56,244 nucleotides of DNA from Myxococcota bacterium (GTDB taxonomy: Bacteria > Myxococcota_A > Polyangia > Polyangiales > Houyiibacteriaceae): the NCBI GenBank assembly GCA_025453555.1, contig JALOQC010000009.1, positions 1 through 56,244 on the forward strand, written 5' to 3'. Below the pieces are notes generated by a model. The model had not been told where the DNA came from and ran no database searches. It saw nothing but the letters and a program-made list of their open reading frames with translations. The position numbers and the translations under genes are program-made. Shown here piece by piece: positions 29,649 to 39,068 of this stretch (positions are counted from its first letter, which is position 1; each line of letters opens with the position of its first letter).

Positions 29649-32600
29649 ATGCGCGGGCGGCAGCGGTCGTGGCGGGTGTCGTGTGGGTCGAGGGCGCTCT
29701 CGTTCCTCGCCGTGATGGGCCTCGTGTGGTCCAGCGCGATGGGGGTGGCGCACGCGTTCCCGGCGTACCGAGACTCCGTTCCACATGGGTACACGTTCGG
29801 AACGGGGGACTACGGAGCGGGCTGTCTGCTCTGTCACACCAACTCGAACGGTGGCTACGGTTGTGCGGCGGGAACCGCGCCGTGCTTGAACGTCTTCGGG
29901 ATCGCCTTCCAGTCCAACGACTGGACGTGGAACTCGACGCTGCGAAACGGAGATCCGGACGGAGACCAACGGACGAACGGGCAAGAGCTTCGATACTTCG
30001 GGACCTCTTGGACCGTGGGGAACTCGGTCGGAGCGGGTCCGACGCAGCCGTGGACGAGCGGAAGCCGTCACTCGAACGAGTGCTCTCTTCAGTCGACGTA
30101 CAGCGGGAACGTTCATCCGAACAATTACACGAATTGTTCCTCTGCGGCGGGTGCGGTCTGTACGGACAACTCCACGCTGACGTCGACGCCCGGCTCGACG
30201 CGCTACTGGGGCTTCACGTGCAGCTGCGCGGACGGCTACACGGGCAACGGCCGTGTCGACGTCGCGTTCGATGGCGTCACGGATAGTGGTGCAAGTTCGT
30301 GCGCCGACATCAACGAGTGCACGCTCTACGACCGTTGTTACCAGAGCACCGGGCAGAACACGTGCATCAACTCGAGCGGGAGCTACTCGTGCTCCTGCAA
30401 CTCGACTTGGTACACGTACACGGGGATCCCGTACCCACAGTGTCTCGACCGAAACGAGTGCACCGCGGTGCCGGGTCGTTGTGGTCCGGCGCCCAACTCG
30501 TGCACCAACCAGGTCGGCGGGTTCGATTGCAATTGTGGCTCCGGGTACGTCCTGCAGTCCAACGAGACCACCAGCGAGACGTGCGCGGACGTCAACGAGT
30601 GTCTGTCGTCGCCATGCGGCGTGGGGTCGTGCTCGAACACCTCGGGGAGCTACACGTGCTCGTGCCCGAGCGGGTACTCGGCCCCGGGCAGCGGCGGCAC
30701 CTGCACGGACGTGAACGAGTGCGTGTCGTCGCCGTGCGGTGTGGGCTCGTGCTCGAACACGGCGGGGAGCTACACGTGCTCGTGCCCGAGCGGGTACTCG
30801 GCCCCGGGCAGTGGCGGGACGTGCACGGACGTGAACGAGTGCGTGTCGTCGCCGTGCGGCGTGGGCTCGTGCTCGAACTCGGCGGGGAGCTACACGTGCA
30901 CGTGCCCGAGCGGGTACTCGGCCCCGGGCAGCGGCGGCACCTGCACGGACGTGAACGAGTGCCTGTCGTCGCCGTGCGGCGTGGGCTCGTGCTCGAACTC
31001 GGCAGGGACCTACGCGTGCACGTGCCCGAGCGGCTACACGGCGCCTGCGAACGGCGGCACGTGCACGGACGTGAACGAGTGCCTGTCGTCGCCGTGCGGC
31101 GTGGGCTCCTGCTCGAACTCGGCCGGCACCTACGCGTGCACCTGCCCGAGCGGCTACACGGCGCCCGCGAACGGCGGCTCCTGCACCGACGTGAACGAGT
31201 GCGCGGACAACCCGATGATCTGCGGGGTCGGCTCGTGCTCGAACACCGCGGGCTCGTACACCTGCTCGTGCCCGGCGGGCTACTCCGCGCCGGGCAGCGG
31301 CGGGACGTGCAGCGACGTCAACGAGTGCGCGACCGCGTCGCGTTGTGGGCGTGATCTCAGCATGTCGAACACCTGCACGAACACCACCGGTGGGTACACG
31401 TGCGGCTGCGCGACCGGCTTCGTGCCGAGCGGCTCGGGTCTCTCCGCGACGTGCATCGACGTGAACGAGTGCTCCACGCCCACGACGTGTGGCGCGAACG
31501 CAGGCGCCGGCTCCTGCACGAACACCGTCGGCGGCTACACCTGTTCGTGCGCGGCGGGGTACATGACGCAGGGCAGCGGGCAGACGCTGACGTGCGTGGA
31601 CACGAACGAGTGCGCGACGGCCTCGCGCTGCGGGCGTGATCTCAGCATGACGAACGTCTGCACGAACGCGTCGGGCGGGTACTCGTGCACGTGCGCGAGC
31701 GGCTTCCAGGCGTCGGGCAGCGGGTTCTCCGCGACGTGCGTGGACACGAACGAGTGCGGCACCGCGACCACGTGCAACGCGAACCTCGGCTACGGCACCT
31801 GCTCGAACACGGTGGGCGGCTACAACTGCTCGTGCGCGATGGGCTACGGCTTCGACGGCACGACGTGTGTGGTCGAGAACGAGTGCACGACCGGCATGAA
31901 CAACTGCAGCGTCAACGCGACCTGCACCGACACCCCGAGCTCGTTCACCTGCACGTGCAACCCGGGCTACACGGGCAACGGCGTGATGTGCTCGGACGTC
32001 AACGAGTGCGCGGCGGCGACGGCGTGCGGACGGAACCTCAGCGTCTCGAACACCTGCACGAACAGCACGGGCGGCTACACGTGCATGTGTGGCTCCGGCT
32101 ACCAGGCCTCGGGCAGCGGGCTCTCCGCGACCTGCGTCGACGTGAACGAGTGCACGAGCACGCCCGGGATCTGTGGAGCGGGCACGTGCTCCAACACGAG
32201 CGGCGCGTACACGTGCGCGTGCAGCGCGGGCTACACGTTCAACGGCACGACCTGCGTGAACGTGAACGAGTGCGCGACGGCCACGACGTGTGGTCGGAAC
32301 CTCAGCGCGCTCAACACCTGCACGGACACCGTCGGCGGCTTCGTGTGTGGCTGCGGCGCGGGCTTCCAGTCGCAAGGCTCGGGGCTCTCCGCGACGTGCG
32401 TGGACGTGAACGAGTGCTCGAGCGGATCGCCCTGCGCGCCCGGCACCTGCAACAACACGGTCGGCAGCTACACGTGCACGTGCCCGAGCGGCTTCACCAC
32501 GATGGGCGGAGCGTGCGTGGACGTGAACGAGTGCGCGACCGCGTCGACGTGTGGCTCGGCGCGGACGGGCTGCACGAACACCGCGGGCTCGTACCAATGC

Positions 32601-34784
32601 GCGTGCGCGGCGGGCTACACCGCGCCCGCGAGCGGCGGCACGTGCGGCGACGTGAACGAGTGCGCGACCGCGTCGACGTGTGGCTCGGCGCGGACCGGGT
32701 GCACGAACACCGCGGGCTCGTACCACTGCGCGTGCGCGGCGGGTTACACCGCGCCCGCGAGCGGCGGCACGTGCGGCGACGTGGACGAGTGCGCGACCGC
32801 GTCGACGTGCGGCTCGGCGCGGACGGGCTGCACGAACACCGCAGGCTCGTACCAGTGTGCGTGCGCGTCCGGGTACACGGCGCCCGCGAGCGGCGGCACG
32901 TGCGCGGACGTGAACGAGTGCTCGACCGCGTCGACGTGCGGAGCGGCGCGCGCGACGTGCACGAACACCGCGGGCTCGTACGTGTGCACGTGCGATCCCG
33001 GGCATCGCGCGCCGGCGAGCGGCGGCACGTGCGCGGACGTGAACGAGTGCGCGGAGTCGCCGACGATCTGCAGCAACGGCACCTGCGCGAACACGACGGG
33101 CTCGTATGCCTGCACGTGCCCGAGCGGTTACCGGGCGCCCGCGAGCGGCGGCACGTGCAGCGACGTCGACGAGTGCGCCGAGACGGCGGGGCTCTGCGGC
33201 GCGGGCTCCTCCGGCTGCACGAACACCGCCGGAACCTACACGTGCGCGTGCGCGAGCGGGTATCGCGCACCGGCGTTCGGCGGCGCGTGCGTGGACGTGA
33301 ACGAGTGCGCCGAGAACCCGATGGTCTGTGGAAACGGCACCTGCGCGAACACCGTGGGTGCATACCGATGCACCTGCCCGGCGGGTTTCCGTGCTCCTGC
33401 GTCGGGCGGGACCTGCATGAACGTCGACGAGTGCGTGGAGACGCCGACGATCTGCGGTGCGGGCGCCGAGGGGTGCGAGGATCGGCTCGGGACCTACGCG
33501 TGCACGTGCCGACCCGGGTACCAGAGCCCCGCCACCGGGGGAACCTGCACGGACGTGGACGAATGCGCGCTCGGAACCCCGTGTGATCCGGGGACCTGCT
33601 CGAACACGGTCGGCTCGTACACCTGCACGTGTCCGCGAGGCTACGTGGCCGAAGAGGGGGGATGCGTCGACGTCAACGAGTGCATCCCGATGCCGTGTGG
33701 TGAAGGCACGTGCGTGGAGGCGGATCCGGGCGACTACGACTGCATCTGCAACGCGGGCTACGAGAAGGACGAGCCGCTCAACGGGACGTGCATCGACATC
33801 GACGAGTGCTCGCGACCGGAGCTCGACGAGTGCGCGGGGGACGCCACGTGCGCGAACACGGTCGGTGGGTTCACCTGCACCTGCAACCCCGGCTACGCGG
33901 GCGACGGGCGCACGTGCACGGACGTCGACGAGTGCGCGGACGTGACGCTCAACGAGTGCTCTCCGAACGCGGCGTGCACGAACGAGCCTGGCTCGTACGC
34001 GTGCGAGTGCATGACGGGATTCGAAGGCTCAGGCGTCGACTGTCGCGACGTCGACGAGTGCGCGACCGCCAACCCGTGCGATCGCCGCGCGGAGCGATGC
34101 ATCAACCTCGTCGGCATGCCGGCGGTCTGCGAGTGCGCGCCCGGCTTCAGTGCGGACGCGGAGGGTGAGTGCCAGAGCAGCTGTGGCAACGGCGATCGCG
34201 TGCGCGGCGAGGAGTGCGACGACGGAAACCTCGACGAGGGTGATGGCTGCTCGGCGGTCTGCGAGGTCGAGGAGGGCTGGTCGTGCTGGGAGCCCGACGG
34301 ACCGGTGTCGGTGTGTCTCGAGACGTGTGGTGACGGAGTCATCCACCCGAACGAGGAGTGCGACGCGGGCGAAGCGAACTCGGACGAGCTCGCAAACGCG
34401 TGCCGCACGCGCTGCGTCGAAGCTTCGTGCGGCGATGGGGTGATCGACGAAGGCGAGGCGTGCGACGACGGCGACGAGAACTCGGATCGTTCCGCGGGCG
34501 CGTGCCGCACGACGTGTGTGGCGGCGTACTGCGGCGACGGAGTGATCGACGACGGCGAGAGCTGCGATCCCGCGACGGGCGAAGGCACCGCAGCGGATGC
34601 GTGCACGACGGGCTGCACACCGCCCGACGCGGGTGTGAGCCCCGACGCCGGCATCACGCCGGAGCCGGACGGCGACGGTTGTGGCTGCTCGGCGCCCGGT
34701 GCAGGGGGTGACTCGACGGGCGCGCTCGCGCTGCTCGGGCTCGCGATCACGACGGTCTTCGTGCGACGCTCGCGCCGCCGATGA
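29649..34784 (+). CDS. Giant fibrillin-like surface protein: CxxCH/temptin-like N-domain, about 31 calcium-binding EGF modules, 4 Myxococcus cysteine-rich repeats, MYXO-CTERM anchor
   Basis: Signal peptide AHA|F, CLLCH, DVNEC...C.NT.GSY.C.C..GY repeats, CGDG.....E.CDDG repeats and GCGC-TM-RRSRRR. Alternative start 29553 abuts the upstream stop. Confidence 0.9.
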   Translation: MRGRQRSWRVSCGSRALSFLAVMGLVWSSAMGVAHAFPAYRDSVPHGYTFGTGDYGAGCLLCHTNSNGGYGCAAGTAPCLNVFGIAFQSNDWTWNSTLRNGDPDGDQRTNGQELRYFGTSWTVGNSVGAGPTQPWTSGSRHSNECSLQSTYSGNVHPNNYTNCSSAAGAVCTDNSTLTSTPGSTRYWGFTCSCADGYTGNGRVDVAFDGVTDSGASSCADINECTLYDRCYQSTGQNTCINSSGSYSCSCNSTWYTYTGIPYPQCLDRNECTAVPGRCGPAPNSCTNQVGGFDCNCGSGYVLQSNETTSETCADVNECLSSPCGVGSCSNTSGSYTCSCPSGYSAPGSGGTCTDVNECVSSPCGVGSCSNTAGSYTCSCPSGYSAPGSGGTCTDVNECVSSPCGVGSCSNSAGSYTCTCPSGYSAPGSGGTCTDVNECLSSPCGVGSCSNSAGTYACTCPSGYTAPANGGTCTDVNECLSSPCGVGSCSNSAGTYACTCPSGYTAPANGGSCTDVNECADNPMICGVGSCSNTAGSYTCSCPAGYSAPGSGGTCSDVNECATASRCGRDLSMSNTCTNTTGGYTCGCATGFVPSGSGLSATCIDVNECSTPTTCGANAGAGSCTNTVGGYTCSCAAGYMTQGSGQTLTCVDTNECATASRCGRDLSMTNVCTNASGGYSCTCASGFQASGSGFSATCVDTNECGTATTCNANLGYGTCSNTVGGYNCSCAMGYGFDGTTCVVENECTTGMNNCSVNATCTDTPSSFTCTCNPGYTGNGVMCSDVNECAAATACGRNLSVSNTCTNSTGGYTCMCGSGYQASGSGLSATCVDVNECTSTPGICGAGTCSNTSGAYTCACSAGYTFNGTTCVNVNECATATTCGRNLSALNTCTDTVGGFVCGCGAGFQSQGSGLSATCVDVNECSSGSPCAPGTCNNTVGSYTCTCPSGFTTMGGACVDVNECATASTCGSARTGCTNTAGSYQCACAAGYTAPASGGTCGDVNECATASTCGSARTGCTNTAGSYHCACAAGYTAPASGGTCGDVDECATASTCGSARTGCTNTAGSYQCACASGYTAPASGGTCADVNECSTASTCGAARATCTNTAGSYVCTCDPGHRAPASGGTCADVNECAESPTICSNGTCANTTGSYACTCPSGYRAPASGGTCSDVDECAETAGLCGAGSSGCTNTAGTYTCACASGYRAPAFGGACVDVNECAENPMVCGNGTCANTVGAYRCTCPAGFRAPASGGTCMNVDECVETPTICGAGAEGCEDRLGTYACTCRPGYQSPATGGTCTDVDECALGTPCDPGTCSNTVGSYTCTCPRGYVAEEGGCVDVNECIPMPCGEGTCVEADPGDYDCICNAGYEKDEPLNGTCIDIDECSRPELDECAGDATCANTVGGFTCTCNPGYAGDGRTCTDVDECADVTLNECSPNAACTNEPGSYACECMTGFEGSGVDCRDVDECATANPCDRRAERCINLVGMPAVCECAPGFSADAEGECQSSCGNGDRVRGEECDDGNLDEGDGCSAVCEVEEGWSCWEPDGPVSVCLETCGDGVIHPNEECDAGEANSDELANACRTRCVEASCGDGVIDEGEACDDGDENSDRSAGACRTTCVAAYCGDGVIDDGESCDPATGEGTAADACTTGCTPPDAGVSPDAGITPEPDGDGCGCSAPGAGGDSTGALALLGLAITTVFVRRSRRR
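30580..31200 (+). repeat. Five near-identical 120-bp cbEGF-coding tandem repeats
   Basis: DVNEC(L/V)SSPCGVGSCSN..G.Y.C.CPSGY.AP..GG.CT units at an exact 120-bp period. Confidence 0.9.
32515..33050 (+). repeat. About four near-identical 126-bp cbEGF-coding tandem repeats
   Basis: DV(N/D)ECATASTCGSARTGCTNTAGSY.CAC..GYTAPASGGTC units. Confidence 0.88.
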
Positions 34785-35140
34785 CCTACCGAACGCACGT
34801 CACGACGCTGGACGACCTCGAGCCGGGCGAGCAGCTCGCGCTCGGGGGCCTCCTCCGAATCCTGATTCGTCTCGACGGGGTCTTCTCCGAGGAAGAAGAG
34901 AAGATCCTCGAGCTGGTGGCGGAGCAGATCGGCGGACGGGAAGCGCTCTGGCGTGTGATCTCGCGCTCCGCGCAGGAGCACCGCAGCGACGACGACGTGC
35001 GAACGGCCGCGAAGGCGGTCGTGCGGACCGAAGCGCGCGTGATGATGCGCGAGGTGCTCGAGGCGGTCGGCCGCGCAGACACGATCGTGCCGGAGGAGCA
35101 GCGGCTCTTCGATTGGCTCGACGAGATCTGGGCGGGCTGA
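34781..35140 (+). CDS. Small helical protein, TerB-like
   Basis: ATGA overlap with the EGF gene; RLDG.FSEEE and RAD.I.PEE...L..L paired motifs resemble the TerB fold; typical codon usage. Confidence 0.6.
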   Translation: MTYRTHVTTLDDLEPGEQLALGGLLRILIRLDGVFSEEEEKILELVAEQIGGREALWRVISRSAQEHRSDDDVRTAAKAVVRTEARVMMREVLEAVGRADTIVPEEQRLFDWLDEIWAG

Positions 35141-35254
35141 GCTCGCGCGTTCCGTCCAGGCGGCGTTCGTCGCCGCGTCGGCACCTCTCGGCCGCGAGAC
35201 CCGTCGCGCTCGTCGCGAGACCCGTTTTGCGGCGACCACGCTACTCTTCGGTTC

Positions 35255-36412
35255 ATGGTGGTGGGTCGATGGGCGGTGTGTCGATGCGTGGGGATCGCGC
35301 TCGGCTCGATGATGCTCGTGGCGTGCACGGGCACGCTGAGCTCGCGCGTCGACGACGAGCGTGACGCGGGCGGGCGAGTCGATGCGGGCACGCCGATCGC
35401 GCTCGACGGCGGTGGCGGGATCGACGCAGCCCCGGGCGGCGATGCGGGCACGACGAGCGACGCGGGCATCGATGCGGGGCCGAGCGATCCGTGCGCGAGC
35501 GTGAGCTGCGGTGCGAACGCGGCCTGCGATCCGCGCACGCGGGTGTGCGTCTGTCGACCCGGCTTCGTGGACGACGGCGCGGAATGCGTGGCTCCTCCGC
35601 CCGGCGATCCGGCGACGCGCTCCGAGACCGAGGTCTGCGAGGCGTGGCGCGGAGGGCACGTCGAGAACGCGAGCCCGGCGTGGAGCGGCTCGGGGTGCGG
35701 GCCGGGCTCGATGGCGCCGGAGGCGATCGACGACACCCTCCGCCGCATCAACCTCTTCCGTTGGCTCGCGGGGCTGCCGCCCGTTCTGGATCAACCGTCG
35801 GAGCAAGCGTCGCAAATCGAATGCGCGGTGATGATGAGCGCCAACGGCAGCCTCTCGCACGATCCGCCGTCGGGTTGGGAGTGCTACACGAGCGCGGGCG
35901 CAGCGGCGGCAGGTCGGTCGAACATCGCGCTCGGCTACGGCTCGCCAGGCTCCGCGATCGACGGGTACATGCTCGATCGCAACGTGCCGAGCCTCGGACA
36001 CCGGCGGTGGATCTTGAACCCACCGCTCGGGCGCGTCGGCATCGGCTTCGCGTCGCCTTCACGGCCGGGTCAGTGTCTGAGCGTCTTCGATCGCAGCGGC
36101 CCCGGTTCGGAGCGCACGTGGACCGCGTATCCGAACCCCGGCCCTGCGCCGATCTTCCTCGCGGAAGGCGAGTGGTCGTTCCAGACCCACGGCATCTCGC
36201 TCTCCGGCGAAGCGTCGGCGATCGTCGTACGCGTGTCCGACGGCTCGACGCTGCCGGTGACGACGCGCCAGACGGGGGGGGGCGGCCCGCCCAACTCGCT
36301 CGTGATCGTCCCCGAGGGTTGGCGCCCCACCGCGGGCGAGACGTACCGCGTGACGATCACCGGGCTCTCGACGGGCGAGCTGACCTACGAGACGACGCCG
36401 GTCGACTGCTGA
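35255..36412 (+). CDS. CAP (SCP/PR-1) domain lipoprotein with an EGF-like module
   Basis: LVAC lipobox, DAG linker, C.SVSCGANA.C....C.CRPGF, INLFRWLAGLPP, LSHDPP, SNIA, LGHRRWILNP...VGIGF. Confidence 0.85.
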   Translation: MVVGRWAVCRCVGIALGSMMLVACTGTLSSRVDDERDAGGRVDAGTPIALDGGGGIDAAPGGDAGTTSDAGIDAGPSDPCASVSCGANAACDPRTRVCVCRPGFVDDGAECVAPPPGDPATRSETEVCEAWRGGHVENASPAWSGSGCGPGSMAPEAIDDTLRRINLFRWLAGLPPVLDQPSEQASQIECAVMMSANGSLSHDPPSGWECYTSAGAAAAGRSNIALGYGSPGSAIDGYMLDRNVPSLGHRRWILNPPLGRVGIGFASPSRPGQCLSVFDRSGPGSERTWTAYPNPGPAPIFLAEGEWSFQTHGISLSGEASAIVVRVSDGSTLPVTTRQTGGGGPPNSLVIVPEGWRPTAGETYRVTITGLSTGELTYETTPVDC

Positions 36413-36686
36413 GCGCCTCGACCGTCGAGCGCGACGACGACTGCTCGCATCGCCTAGAGCGCATCTCATGACCTCCCGCGGCCGCTTCGCGGCATCCGCA
36501 CGCCGCTCGCCGCCATCCACGCTCGAAAATGCACCACATTTCCTCGGTTCGCGGACGCGGCGATCGACGCACGGGCTGCCACGAATCGACTCACGGCAGG
36601 TAATGAGATGCGCTCTAGTCTGCGGAGCCCGTCGAGCGCGAGCACGACGTTTCGTCGGCGTCCGCGCTCGTGATATCTGCGCGTTC

Positions 36687-37508
36687 GTGGACGTCGCGGA
36701 TTGGGATCGGTACTGGCGCTTCGAAGAGTTTCGTCGGAGCTGCGATCCGCTCGACTTCCGCCGTTGGAAGCGCGACAGCCAACGCGAGCTGCGCGCGCTT
36801 CATCCGGGGGAGGGGGTGCGCCTCCTCGACGCGACCGCGGGCATGGGGGACCACACCGTGAACCTCGCGGAGGAAGGCTTCGTCGTCGAGGCGTGCGACG
36901 CGAGCGAGGTGGCGCGCGAGCTGACGACGCGCGCGGTGCGGGAGGCGAAGCTCGACGTGCCGGTCTTCGACGCGCGGTGGGAGACGCTCGGGCAGAGCCA
37001 TCGGTCGTGCTACGATCTGATCTTCAACGACGCGCTCCATTGGACGTGGGATCGCGACGTGCTCGCGGCGCAGCTCCGCGGCTTCCTCGACGCGCTGCGG
37101 CCGGGTGGCGCGCTCGTCTTCTTCTTCGCCGACGCCCGCGAGCCCGACGAAGGCGCGGGGCTGCGGATCCTCGAATGGGATTGGTCGCAGACGACGGATT
37201 CGTCGGGTCAGCCGCCGACGTTCGAGCGCGTGGCTTGGACACACGAACGAGACGGACGACACGTCGAGCTGACGATCCGCTCGGAACGTGGCGAAGCGTT
37301 CCTCGACGAGCATCACCGCTTCGTCGATCGACGTGGCGACGAAGAGACGATCTCCGAGCTCGTGATGCGCCGCGTGTATCGCTGGGATTGGTTCGCGCTC
37401 TCGCGTTTGATGTACGACGTCGGCTTCGTCGACGTGCGCAGCGACGTGCTCCACAACCGCGCGAAGGGCTACACGTTCGCGATGAACCGAGCGTTTCGTC
37501 CGCGCTGA
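36687..37508 (+). CDS. Class I SAM-dependent methyltransferase
   Basis: LLDATAGMGDH, ACDAS, YDLIF, LRPGG. Start uncertain (GTG 36687 chosen). Confidence 0.82.
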   Translation: MDVADWDRYWRFEEFRRSCDPLDFRRWKRDSQRELRALHPGEGVRLLDATAGMGDHTVNLAEEGFVVEACDASEVARELTTRAVREAKLDVPVFDARWETLGQSHRSCYDLIFNDALHWTWDRDVLAAQLRGFLDALRPGGALVFFFADAREPDEGAGLRILEWDWSQTTDSSGQPPTFERVAWTHERDGRHVELTIRSERGEAFLDEHHRFVDRRGDEETISELVMRRVYRWDWFALSRLMYDVGFVDVRSDVLHNRAKGYTFAMNRAFRPR

Positions 37509-37579
37509 GCGCGAAGGTCTCTCGAGGGTTCGAGCCTCGGCGCCGATCGTGATGCCGTGCGCGCGCCGAGCTCCGACGG

Positions 37580-37617
37580 AAAAAAAGGAAGAGCCCACCG
37601 GGGGAGGTGGGCTCTTC
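37580..37617 (-). terminator. Rho-independent terminator downstream of the Kazal-domain gene
   Basis: Perfect 12-bp stem GAAGAGCCCACC/GGTGGGCTCTTC followed on the minus strand by a T7 tract. Confidence 0.85.
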
Positions 37618-37718
37618 GAGTCGCTACGGCGCGGAGGAAGGATGGTGGGGGAGGCGCGTGCAGCGACGTCGTCGTCGAAGCGCGGTCGCGGTGTTCGTTC
37701 GACCGCGCTCGTCCGCGC

Positions 37719-39068
37719 TCACATCCGTCCGTCGGGGCCTGGGTTGCAGACGCAGATCCCGCAGCCGGTCTCGTCGGTCTGGAAGCCGTGCTCGCAGTAG
37801 AGGTCGCAGTACACGGGCGGGCACTCGACCACGTCGGGCACGCACTGGCCGTAGCAGACCGCGGGGCACGCCATGTCCCCCGAGCACGGCGAGAGGCACT
37901 CGCTGTGGTCGCAGAGGAAGCCCGGACCGCAGTCCTCGCTCGCGAAGCAGAGGACGGGCTCGACCGAGCACTCGCCTTCGCTCACGACCTCGTCGCCGTA
38001 GCACTCGGCTTCGCAGGCGTTCGACCAGGTGCGGCCGCTCGCGCCACACACCGGAGCCCAGATGTCCGGGCACACGCAGCTCGGCTCGATCGGCGCGCAG
38101 TACTCGCGGCAGGGCGCTCCGCAGTCGCTGCCGTCCTCGCACCACACCGGCGCGCACTCGGTGCGGCACTCGTAGCCTTCGCCGCAGTCCGCGACGCCGT
38201 CGCCGTCCATGTCGCAGCCCTCGGGCTCGTGGCGCGGCACGCAGACACCCGGCGCGGGCGGCGGCGGCGCGGCGCACTCGCCGTCGTGGTGGACGGGGAC
38301 GCCCCAGCACTCGGCCTCACAGGCGTTCGAGTAGGTCACTCCGTCCGCACCGCAGACCGGCGCGTACTCGCGGGTGCAGGCGCACTCGGGGCGCATGTCG
38401 GGCTCGCCGTCGCCGTCGTAGTCCTCGCCCGGATGAGCCGGCGTCGACCCGTCGTCACCGCGGTAGCCCATGCCCGGATCGCCGGGGACCGAGCCGTCGT
38501 CACCGCAGGGCGGCGGCTCCGTCGGGAGCGAGCAGACCTCGTGCGGCGCGCAGTCGAAGTCCGAGAAGCAGCCGACCGGCGGCGGCTCGACCGGCACGCA
38601 GGTGCCGTGCTCGGGGCGATAGACCATGCCGTCGTCGAAGGGCAGCGGCTCCGGGCCGCCGTCGAACACGCAGATCTCGCCGCGGGCGCAGTCGCCGTCG
38701 TCGTCGCAGCCGATCGGGCCTTCGTCGGTGCAGCGGCCGTAGCAGACCGCGATGCAGGCCTCGGCGCCGTCGGGGCAGCCGCTCAGGCACTCGGAGTGGT
38801 CGCAGGCCTGCCCCATCGCGCAGTCGTCGTTGCTGAGGCAGAGGCCGCCGTCGGAGTTGCACTCGCCTTCGTAGGCGACCTCGACGCCTGCCGCGTTCGC
38901 GTGGCACGCGCTCGAATAGGTGACTCCGTCGACGCCACAGACGGGCGCCCAGATCTCGGGGCAGACGTCCGGAGGCGGCTCGGGCTCGCACCCGCGGTTG
39001 CCCGCGAGCATCGGCACCAAGCCGAGACAACAGAGCAGCCAAGTCCTCGTACGGTGAGCAGCAAGCAT
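37719..39068 (-). CDS. Secreted Cys-rich protein with three Kazal-type domains and a C-terminal antistasin-like domain
   Basis: CP.IWAPVCG.DG.TYS.AC units x3; CPPVYCDLYCEHGFQTDETGCGICVC; N-terminal signal/lipobox-like NRGC. Confidence 0.85.
   Translation of the reverse strand: MLAAHRTRTWLLCCLGLVPMLAGNRGCEPEPPPDVCPEIWAPVCGVDGVTYSSACHANAAGVEVAYEGECNSDGGLCLSNDDCAMGQACDHSECLSGCPDGAEACIAVCYGRCTDEGPIGCDDDGDCARGEICVFDGGPEPLPFDDGMVYRPEHGTCVPVEPPPVGCFSDFDCAPHEVCSLPTEPPPCGDDGSVPGDPGMGYRGDDGSTPAHPGEDYDGDGEPDMRPECACTREYAPVCGADGVTYSNACEAECWGVPVHHDGECAAPPPPAPGVCVPRHEPEGCDMDGDGVADCGEGYECRTECAPVWCEDGSDCGAPCREYCAPIEPSCVCPDIWAPVCGASGRTWSNACEAECYGDEVVSEGECSVEPVLCFASEDCGPGFLCDHSECLSPCSGDMACPAVCYGQCVPDVVECPPVYCDLYCEHGFQTDETGCGICVCNPGPDGRM

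Noticed and set aside
27759-33005. 1748-aa antisense ORF with repeats
   Set aside because: Mirror of the Asp/Cys and cbEGF repeats on the coding strand; no independent coding signal.
30580-33050. Regularly spaced repeats resembling a CRISPR array
   Set aside because: In-frame coding repeats of 120/126 bp with no unique spacers and no cas genes.
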